A DNA stretch of 60,115 nt from Schlesneria sp. Its GTDB lineage: Bacteria > Planctomycetota > Planctomycetia > Planctomycetales > Planctomycetaceae. Shown here piece after piece: positions 30,585 through 39,706 of this stretch (the first letter of the stretch is position 1; each line of letters begins with the position of its first letter). The position numbers were made by a program, and so were the translations under genes. Under the pieces are notes generated by a model, which had not been told where the DNA came from, ran no database searches, and saw only the letters and a program-made list of their open reading frames with translations. The DNA is taken from assembly GCA_043746775.1 (NCBI GenBank), contig JAYTQJ010000686.1, forward strand, positions 1 to 60,115, read 5' to 3'.

Positions 30585-31463
30585 ATGACCTCACTCGACC
30601 AGTTTGCTGAGATTTTGAAACGCGACGAACCACTGGCACCTTACACATGGTTAAAGGTGGGTGGGCCGGCTCAATTCCTGCTCGAGCCGCGCGACGCCGA
30701 CGAGCTGACGCGCGTCGTCCGAGCTTGCAACGAGGAAGGGATTCCCGTTCGCGTGTTGGGGGGTGGTTCGAACGTCGTTGTGCGGGATGAAGGTGTCAGC
30801 GGGGCCGTGTTGCGGCTGACGAGTCCAGCGTTCGCACAGGTGCAAATCAGCGGCAACCGCGTCGTGGCGGGAGGGGGCGCGTTGCTCTCGCACGTCATCA
30901 GCGAGACCGTTCGTGCGGGACTGGCCGGGTTCGAGAACTTGGCGGGAATTCCCGGCACGATCGGCGGCGCATTGCATGGCAACGCGGGAGGCCGTCACGG
31001 CGAGATCGCTCAGTTCGTGCGGCGCGTCACCGTGCTGACGGCCAGCGGCGAGACGCTCGTTCGCACCGACGACGAGCTTCAGTTCGACTATCGCCAAAGC
31101 AACCTCGACGAGTTGCTGGTACTCGAAGCCGAGTTCGAGTTGCAGCCGGATGATCCCGATCAAATTTCGCAACGACTCAAAAAGTTTTGGATCGCGAAGA
31201 AGGCGTCGCAGCCGCTCAGTTCTCAGACGGCGGGCTGTGTCTTCAAAAACCCCCGCGGCCAGCGAGCCGGTCAACTGATCGAGCAGGCGGGACTGAAGGG
31301 GACGCGCATCGGCGGTGCCGAGATCAACGACCGTCACGCCAACTTCATCGTGACGCACGAAGGAGCCTCGTCGAGCGACGTGCAGCGATTGATGGACCTC
31401 GTCCGCTCCAAGGTCTCCGAGCAATTCGGAGTCGCTCTGGAGGCGGAAGTCAAAATCTGGTAA
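30585..31463 (+). CDS. murB: UDP-N-acetylenolpyruvoylglucosamine reductase
   Basis: [45 protein letters not shown]. Confidence 0.97.
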   Translation: MTSLDQFAEILKRDEPLAPYTWLKVGGPAQFLLEPRDADELTRVVRACNEEGIPVRVLGGGSNVVVRDEGVSGAVLRLTSPAFAQVQISGNRVVAGGGALLSHVISETVRAGLAGFENLAGIPGTIGGALHGNAGGRHGEIAQFVRRVTVLTASGETLVRTDDELQFDYRQSNLDELLVLEAEFELQPDDPDQISQRLKKFWIAKKASQPLSSQTAGCVFKNPRGQRAGQLIEQAGLKGTRIGGAEINDRHANFIVTHEGASSSDVQRLMDLVRSKVSEQFGVALEAEVKIW

Positions 31464-31548
31464 AGGCCCGCCGCGCGGACGGGCTGAAAGCCTTCAGCCG
31501 ACTCGTGTGAAAGACCTGATCGTCTGCTCAACTCAAGGAGGAGCTGAG

Positions 31549-32433
31549 ATGTCTGCATTGTGGTGTGGCTGTTCGTTATTGATCGCGTTGGCGGGCGCGG
31601 ATACTCCCGCAGTGGATGGGCCGCCGCTCAAGGCCGCCGCCAAGGCGAAACACTATCTCGTCCAGATCAAGCTGATCGAAGTGGATGAGCAGGGGCGTGA
31701 GACCGTTCTCGGGACTCCGCAACTCAAAACGACCGGCGGGAATGCGGGGTTGTCGATCGATCACCCCGACGGGCGACGGTTCGACTTCACGATCAACTTG
31801 CACGAGGGAAAGGCTGGCAACGGCAGTCCGCGCGAGCTGTCTCCGGTAACGAAACTCGGCGACTCGGAAGAGGAGTCGGTCGAGAAGCGACTCGATCAGA
31901 AGATCACGATGAAGGCCGTGCAGCAGTCGCGGAAAGATGTGCTGCGCGAGGTGGCTCAGCAGGCCGGGGTCAACATTGCCATCGATCCCGACAGCGCGAA
32001 GTCAGTTAAGGGATTGCTCGATGCGCTGATCGACTTCAAAGTCGAAGACGAACCGGTGACGGAGGTACTCGACCGAATCGTCCAGCCGCTCAAGTTGGGC
32101 TACGCGGTGAAGCACGAAGTCGTGCTGATCGCCATCGCCGAGAAGCTGCTCCCCGATCCCGACGAGTATTCCGTGAAGACTTATGAAGTCGCCGATCTGG
32201 TCGGGCCGGTCGTGGGACTGGGCGATGGCAAGCCGGACTTCGCACCGGTCATTCAACGGATCAAGACGACGGTTCAATCGGAGACGTGGGACCGCAAAGG
32301 TGGTTCGGCAACGATCCGGCCGTTCAACTCGACCTCTTCTCTCGTCGTGAGACAAACAACGGCGGGACACGCGGCGATCGAACGTCTGCTCGAAAAGATG
32401 CGGCGCGAACGGCCGAAGGTGATCGGGGAATGA
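31549..32433 (+). CDS. Exported protein with STN/secretin N-terminal-like domains and no secretin barrel
   Basis: Signal peptide; VLREVAQQAGVNIAIDP; YEVADLV...DFAPVIQRIKTTV..ETW..GG..TI...SSLVVRQT..GH..IERLL; strong AAGGAGGAG SD. Confidence 0.7.
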   Translation: MSALWCGCSLLIALAGADTPAVDGPPLKAAAKAKHYLVQIKLIEVDEQGRETVLGTPQLKTTGGNAGLSIDHPDGRRFDFTINLHEGKAGNGSPRELSPVTKLGDSEEESVEKRLDQKITMKAVQQSRKDVLREVAQQAGVNIAIDPDSAKSVKGLLDALIDFKVEDEPVTEVLDRIVQPLKLGYAVKHEVVLIAIAEKLLPDPDEYSVKTYEVADLVGPVVGLGDGKPDFAPVIQRIKTTVQSETWDRKGGSATIRPFNSTSSLVVRQTTAGHAAIERLLEKMRRERPKVIGE

Positions 32434-32525
32434 GTGGTTGAGGGTGTGATGGTTGATGGTGTTCCGCCGTCAGGCCAATTCCACGCTTGTCTGGCCCTCA
32501 ACCTTCAACCATAGACCCTCAACAC
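32434..32525. repeat. Inverted heptamer arrays (GGTTGA[G/T])n ... (CTCAACC)n
   Basis: GGTTGAGGGTGTGATGGTTGATGG versus CCCTCAACCTTCAACCATAGACCCTCAAC. Confidence 0.6.
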
Positions 32526-32540
32526 TTTCGCAAGGAAGCG

Positions 32541-33533
32541 ATGACGATGCTGGAACAAACTTCTTGGCGTGTGGCCGTGCTGGCGGGAGGCGACTCGGAC
32601 GAGCGTTCGATCAGCCTGCAAAGCGGAGCGGCGGTTCAGGCGGCTCTCGCGGCACGCGGGCATTCGGCATTGCACCTTGACCCGTCCGTGGTGGACCTCG
32701 CGGGAGTGGACTGGCGACCGTTCGATGTCGCGTTCCTCGCACTGCATGGGCAGTTCGGCGAGGACGGTCAGGTTCAGCAAATTCTGGACGACGCGGGCAT
32801 TCCGTTCACGGGAAGCAACGCGGCGGCGTCGAGACTGGCGTTCAGCAAGGCGGCGGCCAAAGCGCGGTTTTTGCAGTTCGGTGTGCCGACTCCCGTTCAT
32901 TCGCTGCTGCATTACACCGACGACGCGGATCGCATTCGGCGCTTGACGGAAGAGATCGGTTACCCGCTCGTCGTGAAGCCTGACAGCCAGGGTTCGAGCC
33001 TCGGCATCAGCATCGTTCGTTCGGAGGTAGAGGTCGCGGCGGCGATGAAACTCTGCTTTGAATTTGACAGCTTCGCCGTCATCGAACGCGCGATCCTCGG
33101 CTCCGAATGGACGGTTGGACTGCTCGACGAACTGGTCCTGCCGATGATTCAGATCGAAACCCAGCGCGAGTTCTTCGACTGGCACGCGAAGTACGAAGAC
33201 GATGACACGCAGTACCTCTTCGACTCCAAGCTGCCTCCCGGTGTTGCAGCCTCAATTGAAGAGGCGGCTCGCGGCGCGTGCCGCGCGTTGGGAACGACGG
33301 GGTTGATGCGCGTCGATCTGCGACTAGATGAAGCCATGCAGCCGTGGGTGCTCGAAGTGAACACGGTGCCGGGATTCACGAGTCACAGTCTCGTTCCGAA
33401 GGCGGCAGCACGCATGGGAATCGAATTTGGGGACCTGTGTGAACGGGCGATCCGCGCAACGCTGCGCGAACCACTGCCGCGCCCTCACATCTTGCCGAGG
33501 CCGCTCGTTCGACAACGTGTTGACCGGAGCTGA
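32541..33533 (+). CDS. ddl: D-alanine--D-alanine ligase
   Basis: VLAGGDSDERSISLQSG, ALHGQFGEDG, KPDSQGSSLGI, LEVNTVPGFT. Confidence 0.97.
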   Translation: MTMLEQTSWRVAVLAGGDSDERSISLQSGAAVQAALAARGHSALHLDPSVVDLAGVDWRPFDVAFLALHGQFGEDGQVQQILDDAGIPFTGSNAAASRLAFSKAAAKARFLQFGVPTPVHSLLHYTDDADRIRRLTEEIGYPLVVKPDSQGSSLGISIVRSEVEVAAAMKLCFEFDSFAVIERAILGSEWTVGLLDELVLPMIQIETQREFFDWHAKYEDDDTQYLFDSKLPPGVAASIEEAARGACRALGTTGLMRVDLRLDEAMQPWVLEVNTVPGFTSHSLVPKAAARMGIEFGDLCERAIRATLREPLPRPHILPRPLVRQRVDRS

Positions 33534-33659
33534 TCTCGCCCGGAGATCGGCATCAACTGCCGGTCCCCGTCGTTCCGATGACGGACGAGCGTTCTTCTGC
33601 GCCCGCGTTGTTTCGTGGCGCGGAGTTTGTCGCTCGCCTCATTCGGAATCACTCGCACC

Positions 33660-34613
33660 ATGCCGTCCGCGCCGCCATCCCACAAAGTTGCTCACGCCGC
33701 AGCGGTCACGGGTGACAATCCTCCGACTTGGGTGAATGCGGTATTTCGTCCGTTACGATTGGCCAAACTGACCGTGATCGTGGGTGTGGTTGCGCTCATG
33801 CCATACCTCATCCAGCGTCTGCCGAGCTTGGCGGGACGGCCGGAATACCGGCTGGCGACCAAACAGATTCGCATCGTTCCCATGTCCGAACGGCCCGTCC
33901 CCGAGAACTTGCTCGAACAGGTTCGCGAACTGGGTAAGCTGCCGCGCGAGCTGTCGATGCTTGATGAAACATTGTCTGCCAAGGTTGCCGACGCTTTCGC
34001 ACGACATCCTTGGATCGCGCGAGTCGTCTCTGTACGCAAGTCTTATCCGGCAAACATCACTGTCGAACTGGAGTACCGTCAGCCCGTCGGCATGGTGCAA
34101 GTCAAAGGGGGCCGCTTCCCGATTGATGTCGCGGGAGTCGTTCTGCCGCCGGGCGACTTCACGGCGGCAGACTTGAAGCGGTTCCCCACCATCCAAGGCC
34201 CCACTCCGCCCGCGTCGCTTCATCCGGGAGTCGCCTGGAAAGATCCGTCACTTCAGGCGGCGGCACGTCTCGCCCAAATCTTGGCTCCGACGTGGAGCAA
34301 ACTGCGGTTGGAGTCGATCATCGCACCGAGTCGCTTGGACTCGAAGAGCGATGCCTCCAAGATCACGCTCAAACTTCAGACGGGAGGCGGATCCCAAATC
34401 ATCTGGGGTCGAGCACCCGGCACCGAACACCCCGGCGAACTGACGACGACACAGAAGATCGGTCGCTTGGAAAAATACCTGACCGAGTTCGGCGGGTTCG
34501 ATCGCCCGAACGGACCGTATGAAATCGACATCCGCCATTGGCAGGAAATCTCCCGCAGGTCACTCGCTTCGGAACAGGCCAACTCCCCGAAAGGGAGTCG
34601 CACGCGGCATTGA
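33660..34613 (+). CDS. FtsQ/DivIB-like POTRA protein
   Basis: Single N-terminal TM; HPWIARVVSVRKSYPANITVELEYRQPV POTRA-end motif; C-terminal EIDIR; position after ddl. Confidence 0.72.
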   Translation: MPSAPPSHKVAHAAAVTGDNPPTWVNAVFRPLRLAKLTVIVGVVALMPYLIQRLPSLAGRPEYRLATKQIRIVPMSERPVPENLLEQVRELGKLPRELSMLDETLSAKVADAFARHPWIARVVSVRKSYPANITVELEYRQPVGMVQVKGGRFPIDVAGVVLPPGDFTAADLKRFPTIQGPTPPASLHPGVAWKDPSLQAAARLAQILAPTWSKLRLESIIAPSRLDSKSDASKITLKLQTGGGSQIIWGRAPGTEHPGELTTTQKIGRLEKYLTEFGGFDRPNGPYEIDIRHWQEISRRSLASEQANSPKGSRTRH

Positions 34614-34716
34614 GCTTGGCACAACTGCCAACTCCAATCCGTAACGCTGACGAAGCACTAGGCAACGGGCCAGCGTTGCGATTCGTGCGTTTGACCGTGA
34701 CTGAGTTCGCCGTTCA

Positions 34717-35259
34717 TCAGTCCAGCGAGTGCAGGCCGAGTCGGTGTCGTTGATCGTTCACGAGCAATAGTGCGCGGTGATCGTGCTTCAAAAACTTCAC
34801 GAGCTGTGACGGAGTGACTCCGAGTTGCTCGGCCGAACCGGCGACGTGGCCGTTGCGCGAATGCAGCACGTCGAGCGCTTCCGCCAGAAGCGGCGCGAAG
34901 TCTTCGTGGTCGGGGTTGCAGCCGATCTTTCCGCCGTGGCACCGCGACCGCCACAACTCGGTGGGAGCCGCATCGGCCAGCGACGCGGTCCTGACTGCGA
35001 GGGCCATGTTCACTCGCAGCCGCGTGACGGCCACGCGATGGTTGTCATGCTGACTCCGCCGCTCGGCCGCCTGCCCTTCAATCCCCGTCGGCGTGTGAAG
35101 CAGTACGACCGCCGATTCGGTCTTGTTGCGGTGCTGCCCACCCGGACCGCGCCGCCGTTCGTGACGGACCTCGCACGCCCGCAAGAGCAACTCCACCGGC
35201 AGTTGCACCGGATGCAGGACAGCGTGATCAGAGGGGATTGGCTCCATCGAATGGCTCAT
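34717..35259 (-). CDS. Peptide chain release factor-like (GGQ) protein
   Basis: GPGGQHRNKTESAVVLLHTPTGI...ERRSQHDN; no codon-recognition domains. Confidence 0.88.
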   Translation of the reverse strand: MSHSMEPIPSDHAVLHPVQLPVELLLRACEVRHERRRGPGGQHRNKTESAVVLLHTPTGIEGQAAERRSQHDNHRVAVTRLRVNMALAVRTASLADAAPTELWRSRCHGGKIGCNPDHEDFAPLLAEALDVLHSRNGHVAGSAEQLGVTPSQLVKFLKHDHRALLLVNDQRHRLGLHSLD

Positions 35260-35318
35260 AGGGGCCTGTGCGAAAGGAAGAGTGATGTGACCAACCAAAG
35301 TCGCTTCGACGAGGATTC

Positions 35319-35405
35319 GTAGGATGGACGCCCTCGTCCGTCCGCTCTTCGCTGGAAAACCGCTCGGACGAGGGCGTCCAAGCTACGTTTTTCAACAGGC
35401 TGCTA
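35319..35405. repeat. Family E GTAG hairpin with right TTTTTCAACAGGCTGC-TA shell
   Basis: GTAGGATGGACGCCCTCGTCCG...CGGACGAGGGCGTCCAAGCTAC; complete copy at 52765-52861. Confidence 0.85.
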
Positions 35406-35469
35406 AACGTGAAAACGTCTCACTCGTGGCCGTGCGATTTACGGTACTGACCCACACGTGAGTTGAAAT

Positions 35470-35904
35470 CTACGGCGACCCCTTCGCCTTCCGAGGCTTG
35501 ATGAGGATCAGCCACGCCGAGAGCAGAGTCAGCGGCAGGACGATTTCCCAGTATGGAATACGACACCACTTGGCCTCGTCCATTTCCGTCCCATTGACCA
35601 ATAGTATGTCAACACCACACTCCACTCCTGCAACTGTCCATCGCCACCGTTGTTCCCATTTGAGGCTTCCGCCGGGACCACCGTCGACACGCTTCGTGAA
35701 CGCCATATACCAGTATTCTGGACCATGACGACGCGCGAATACGGCCGTCACGTGACCATCGCCGGACACAATGGCCTCCTGCCGGGTCAATGGATAAGTA
35801 TCGACAGTCACTGCGGCCCGCATCCAGCCCGCCATCAACACACAGGCCATCGCGAGCGTGACCAGCCCGGTCTTTCGTCGCCAACCTTTGAAGAACTCGC
35901 CCAC
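35470..35904 (-). CDS. Hypothetical 2-TM protein (MGEFFKGWRRK...IPYWxIVLPLTLLSAWL type)
   Basis: Hydrophobic termini around a variable-looking, more AT-rich loop. Confidence 0.75.
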   Translation of the reverse strand: MGEFFKGWRRKTGLVTLAMACVLMAGWMRAAVTVDTYPLTRQEAIVSGDGHVTAVFARRHGPEYWYMAFTKRVDGGPGGSLKWEQRWRWTVAGVECGVDILLVNGTEMDEAKWCRIPYWEIVLPLTLLSAWLILIKPRKAKGSP

Positions 35905-35976
35905 GCTTCACGCTCGATTCGAGAAGTAGCGCCTTGCAGTGGATCGCCGATGGTGAGGAGCGGCCTTGGGAGAAGA

Positions 35977-36019
35977 CCCCTCACCCTAATCCTCTCCCCG
36001 CAAGGCGGGGAGAGGGGAC
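35977..36019. repeat. Family F repeat
   Basis: CCCCTCACCCTAATCCTCTCCCCGCAAGGCGGGGAGAGGGGAC. Confidence 0.85.
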
Positions 36020-36029
36020 CAGAGAAGAA

Positions 36030-36941
36030 TCAGCGGATGATGTTCGTGTCGTCGCCCGTGTCGATGCGAGGTGGTTGGCCTCCGCGCAGGACGCTGTTGC
36101 CCTCGAAGAGCGTTCGCTGATCGACGGCTTGCGGGTTGAGCCAGTCTTCCTCGCGAATCTGGCCGCTTTGTGAGTAGGCGGCCAGTGCGTTCTTGTACGT
36201 CGCCAGTTCGATCTGCTCGCGCGGGATGCCGCGCTGTTCGGCGAGCTTCGCGGTCTTGGGGACGGCGAGGACATCCGACTTCCCCCAGTCGGCCGAGCTA
36301 TCGACGATGACTCGCTCGGCCCCGGCGACTTGCAGGATATCGACCATCCGCTCGTTCCCCATCTTCGTGCCGGGATAGATCGTGAACGCGCACCAGTAGC
36401 CGCGATCGAGCACCTCGCGGTACGTCTCTTCGTTGTTGTGGTCGATGATCACCATGTGCGGGGCGATGCCGTGCTCCTCGATCACGTCCATGCTGCGGTA
36501 CGTCCCCTGCTTCTTGTTGCGGTGAGGCGTATGGATCAGGACGGGCAGCCCGACCTCCTTCGCCAACTCAAGCTGCTTGCGGAAGAACTTGTCTTCGATC
36601 GGCGTCTGATCGTCGTAGCCGATCTCGCCCACCGCGACGACTCCCTCCTTGGTGAGGAACAGCGGCAGCAGGTCCATCACCTGTTCGGCGAGCGCCTCGT
36701 TGTTGGCCTCTTTGGAATTGAGGCCCATCGTGCAGTAATGCCGGATGCCGAACTGAGCCGCTCGAAACCGCTCCCACCCAACCAGCGAAGCAAAGTAATC
36801 CTGGAACGAGCCGATCTGAGTCCGCGGCTGCCCCTGCCAGAACGCCGGCTCGATGATCGCCTTCACTCCGGCAGCGGCCATCTGCTCGTAGTCGTCCGTC
36901 GTACGCGAAACCATGTGAATGTGCGGGTCGAGGTAAAGCAT
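36030..36941 (-). CDS. eboB: TatD-family hydrolase, EboB type
   Basis: DPHIHMVSRTTDDY, EPAFWQGQPRT, WERFRAAQFGIRHYCTMGLNSKEAN, HTPHR, GNSVLRGG. Confidence 0.9.
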   Translation of the reverse strand: MLYLDPHIHMVSRTTDDYEQMAAAGVKAIIEPAFWQGQPRTQIGSFQDYFASLVGWERFRAAQFGIRHYCTMGLNSKEANNEALAEQVMDLLPLFLTKEGVVAVGEIGYDDQTPIEDKFFRKQLELAKEVGLPVLIHTPHRNKKQGTYRSMDVIEEHGIAPHMVIIDHNNEETYREVLDRGYWCAFTIYPGTKMGNERMVDILQVAGAERVIVDSSADWGKSDVLAVPKTAKLAEQRGIPREQIELATYKNALAAYSQSGQIREEDWLNPQAVDQRTLFEGNSVLRGGQPPRIDTGDDTNIIR

Positions 36942-36969
36942 GATGTTCCTTCAATTCGTTACGTTTCAC

Positions 36970-37407
36970 CTACGCTGGAACGCTCGCATGGGACAGCGGG
37001 TAGATGAAGGCCCCGACGATGCTGACGCCGCCGAGTGTGGAACCACCGCACCGGGTCATCCCCGGATACGGCTTCGGGTTTCGAACCGCAAACGGGCTGG
37101 CCGGAACCTTCGGCTGCATCACGGCCAAAGCCCCTTGGGTGAGGGAATCGTTGATCCCGATCACCCGGATCTCGAATGGGTCGATCCACACGTCGGTCAT
37201 CTCCTGCAGGACATCAAAAACGCGACCGTAGGCGACCTTGGGACCATTCTCGTCCACGAAGGGGGAGGCGAGGTACAGATACCATTTTTCCTCGTCCGTC
37301 AGCCTCGCCCAGAAGGCGACCCGGACTTCAAACCCCTCGTCGTTGAGCTTGGCAACGAGCCGCTTGCCGCTCTCCGTTTGCTCGTTCACCATTGTGTCTT
37401 GATCCAT
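36970..37407 (-). CDS. Hypothetical protein coupled to the HEPN gene (putative antitoxin/partner)
   Basis: Overlaps the HEPN stop codon; GFEVRVAFW...EKWYLYLASPFVD. Confidence 0.75.
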   Translation of the reverse strand: MDQDTMVNEQTESGKRLVAKLNDEGFEVRVAFWARLTDEEKWYLYLASPFVDENGPKVAYGRVFDVLQEMTDVWIDPFEIRVIGINDSLTQGALAVMQPKVPASPFAVRNPKPYPGMTRCGGSTLGGVSIVGAFIYPLSHASVPA

Positions 37408-37817
37408 GAAAGCACCCCGTGTGTGTCATCAGCGATGGCGGTGTAAAGCGCCTCCGCCTCGGCCTTGTCGATCCGGTGATACCGCTTCTGCTCCGACCAG
37501 TCCTTCGCCGTCGTCCAATTGTTCCGAAGGTCGCGATCCGCGTCTGACGCCGACTTTCGTGCGACATCCAATTTAGCAGCCACGACGAGCGTCTCGATGG
37601 CGTGCGTGTAGCACTGCTTCACAATGTCTTTATCAGGAAATGCATCCGTAGCCATCAACGTCTTGATGATACAAGCCTTGAGGGCGAGTTCCACCGCGTA
37701 GCCAGCCATGTAATACGCGCCGTCCCACTTCTCCACATCGAGCAATGCCTTCGCTTCCAAGAGCCGCTCTTCGGCCAATGCCTGAAACTCGGCTTTCGTC
37801 TCAATCAACTTGCTCAA
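37386..37817 (-). CDS. HEPN domain protein
   Basis: EAKALL...WDGAYYMAGYAVELALKACI...YTH..ETL...WSEQKRY; TTG start after a GGGGAG SD. Confidence 0.82.
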   Translation of the reverse strand: MSKLIETKAEFQALAEERLLEAKALLDVEKWDGAYYMAGYAVELALKACIIKTLMATDAFPDKDIVKQCYTHAIETLVVAAKLDVARKSASDADRDLRNNWTTAKDWSEQKRYHRIDKAEAEALYTAIADDTHGVLSWIKTQW

Positions 37818-37854
37818 TTGGCGATCTCCCCATAGGTAATGCCAGGTCATCACT

Positions 37855-38709
37855 TTAAAATACGTACGATTCCGATGGCGATACCTCACACAGAATCGCG
37901 GCGGCTCGCGGCAACGGACAAAGCTTGAGAGCCAGTGCGGCTGCCTGCTGTTCGACCGGCGAGCCGGTCGTCAACACGAGTTGCAAGTCGTCCAAGGCCC
38001 GTTCGTCCGCGAAGGGGCCGACGCAGCGCCAGAGGTCGGGTGGGATCGGGCGGTGCGCGGCGCGGCGTTCGTGGGCGAAGTCGATCAGCGTCGTCATGAG
38101 TTTGGCGTTGGCTCGACGATCGAGGCCGATCAGCGGGTCGAGCGGCACGTCGATGAAGAGGCATTTCAACACGAGCTGGTTCCACTGCTCATCGTTGAGA
38201 TGCTCGGCGGGATACGGGTTCTGGTGGGCGATCGCGCAGAAGACCGATTTGATGTTGCTGCGGATTCCCTCGGCCGTTCGCAAGACGTGCGAGGCGGGGT
38301 TCGGCAGCAGCGGCAATGCTTGGTAAAGCGCAACCAACTCACCGACTTCGCCAGCCTGGAAGAGTTGGTCCAGCGTCTGGACGTACAGCGCGGCGTCCTC
38401 CGACGGAAAGCTCAGCACGAGAAACGTCCGCGCGAGTTGATCGAGGCTCCACCCGCGCGGGTTCCAGCCGGGGCGAGTGGCCTCGGCCTGAGCCAGCTCG
38501 GCGTCGGACAGCGTCACATCGGCCTTGCCGACCTTGCGCGGGACCATCCCAAAGCCGAGGAACAACGCCTTCCTGTCTCTGGTCTGAATCGCGGTGGCCC
38601 GTTCATCGAGCCACGTCAGTGAGAGGGAATCGATGCGCGCGGCGATCCATTCACGCACGAAGTTTCTGAGATGCAATGCTCGCTCGCTCAATCGGTTTCT
38701 CCCTGTCAC
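37855..38709 (-). CDS. eboA: EboA domain protein
   Basis: GWSLDQLAR, ELVALYQALPLL, EGIRSN..VFCAIAHQNPYPAEH...WNQLVLKCLF, ERRAAHR..PDLWRCVG. Confidence 0.9.
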   Translation of the reverse strand: MTGRNRLSERALHLRNFVREWIAARIDSLSLTWLDERATAIQTRDRKALFLGFGMVPRKVGKADVTLSDAELAQAEATRPGWNPRGWSLDQLARTFLVLSFPSEDAALYVQTLDQLFQAGEVGELVALYQALPLLPNPASHVLRTAEGIRSNIKSVFCAIAHQNPYPAEHLNDEQWNQLVLKCLFIDVPLDPLIGLDRRANAKLMTTLIDFAHERRAAHRPIPPDLWRCVGPFADERALDDLQLVLTTGSPVEQQAAALALKLCPLPRAAAILCEVSPSESYVF

Positions 38710-38924
38710 GGATGCGGTGAAGTTCGCAGGCCACCAATGGGAAATCGCGGAGGTCGTAAGCTAAGGACTGCATCGCCAACCGTCCACGATGGCGTAGGAC
38801 AGTTCGTTGACTCACCCAGCGTTGGATCAGCTTCCTATTGTCCCGCGCGGTCATTCCGTCATCGGAACTGATTCCGCTCGCGGCAAAACGACGCAGCTTG
38901 GACCAAGCAATGTATGGAACCCAG

Positions 38925-38963
38925 AAAAAAACAAGCCCGGCACTCGCGAGAGAGCCGGGCTTG
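38925..38963 (-). terminator. Intrinsic terminator
   Basis: CAAGCCCGGC/GCCGGGCTTG stem with a T7 tract on the minus strand, downstream of 39002-39346. Confidence 0.75.
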
Positions 38964-39001
38964 GGAGTTGATCTGATTTGCGATGGGCATCGCGCTGTGA
39001 G

Positions 39002-39346
39002 TCAGTTCGCGGCGGCCAGTTCTGGTTTGACGTAACCAAGACTACGGACGACTTCGAGAACCTCGCTCCATGTCGGAAACATGCGACCGCTCTTGCGTTT
39101 GTAATCGTCCATCGCCTTCATGAACTCGACCTCGTCGCCCGAGTAATCGCGTTCGCAGGTTGTCGGGTCGATCAGACGCCGGCGTTCCACCTTGGCGCGG
39201 CGCGGGGTCGCTCGACGTTCTTCACCGGTGTACTTGACCTCACCATCGGCGACGCGACGATCCGGTTTATTTCTCCGATCGCCTCCGATTCGCTGATTCT
39301 GAATGCGTCGTTCGACCTCTTCGATCCTGTTTGTGCCGTGGGCCAT
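39002..39346 (-). CDS. Small Arg-rich protein of planctomycete type
   Basis: Repeated [D/E]RR motifs, then [41 protein letters not shown]. Confidence 0.88.
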   Translation of the reverse strand: MAHGTNRIEEVERRIQNQRIGGDRRNKPDRRVADGEVKYTGEERRATPRRAKVERRRLIDPTTCERDYSGDEVEFMKAMDDYKRKSGRMFPTWSEVLEVVRSLGYVKPELAAAN

Positions 39347-39615
39347 ATCAACCACCTTCTGTCGCAGAAATCCTGGGAGAGCGATCCTTCGCCGGGACTG
39401 GGGGAGTCATTCCATGTCTGAAAGAGTATTGCCGCTACTTTGCGGACGGAACGGATCGTAAAGATTACAAAGCAATGTTCGCTTAAAGAAACACTGACGA
39501 TGGCGTAGAGATGCCAGTTGTAATGGTTGTTGCGGTCACGCCGGTTGTGGGATGCGCTGCGCCTGAGGTCTCGATGATGATGAGCCGGTCAGAGGACCGC
39601 AGCGGGCGACGTACA

Positions 39616-39676
39616 CACCAACCCGAAGCGTGAGCGAGGACGTGAGTGGCGTCCTCGCTTACGCTTCGGGTTGGTG
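39616..39676. repeat. Family A hairpin
   Basis: Near-identical to the copies at 3993-4055 and 48066-48116. Confidence 0.9.
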
Positions 39677-39706
39677 ACCGCAGCGTCTGCATGGAGTGAT
39701 ATCGAG

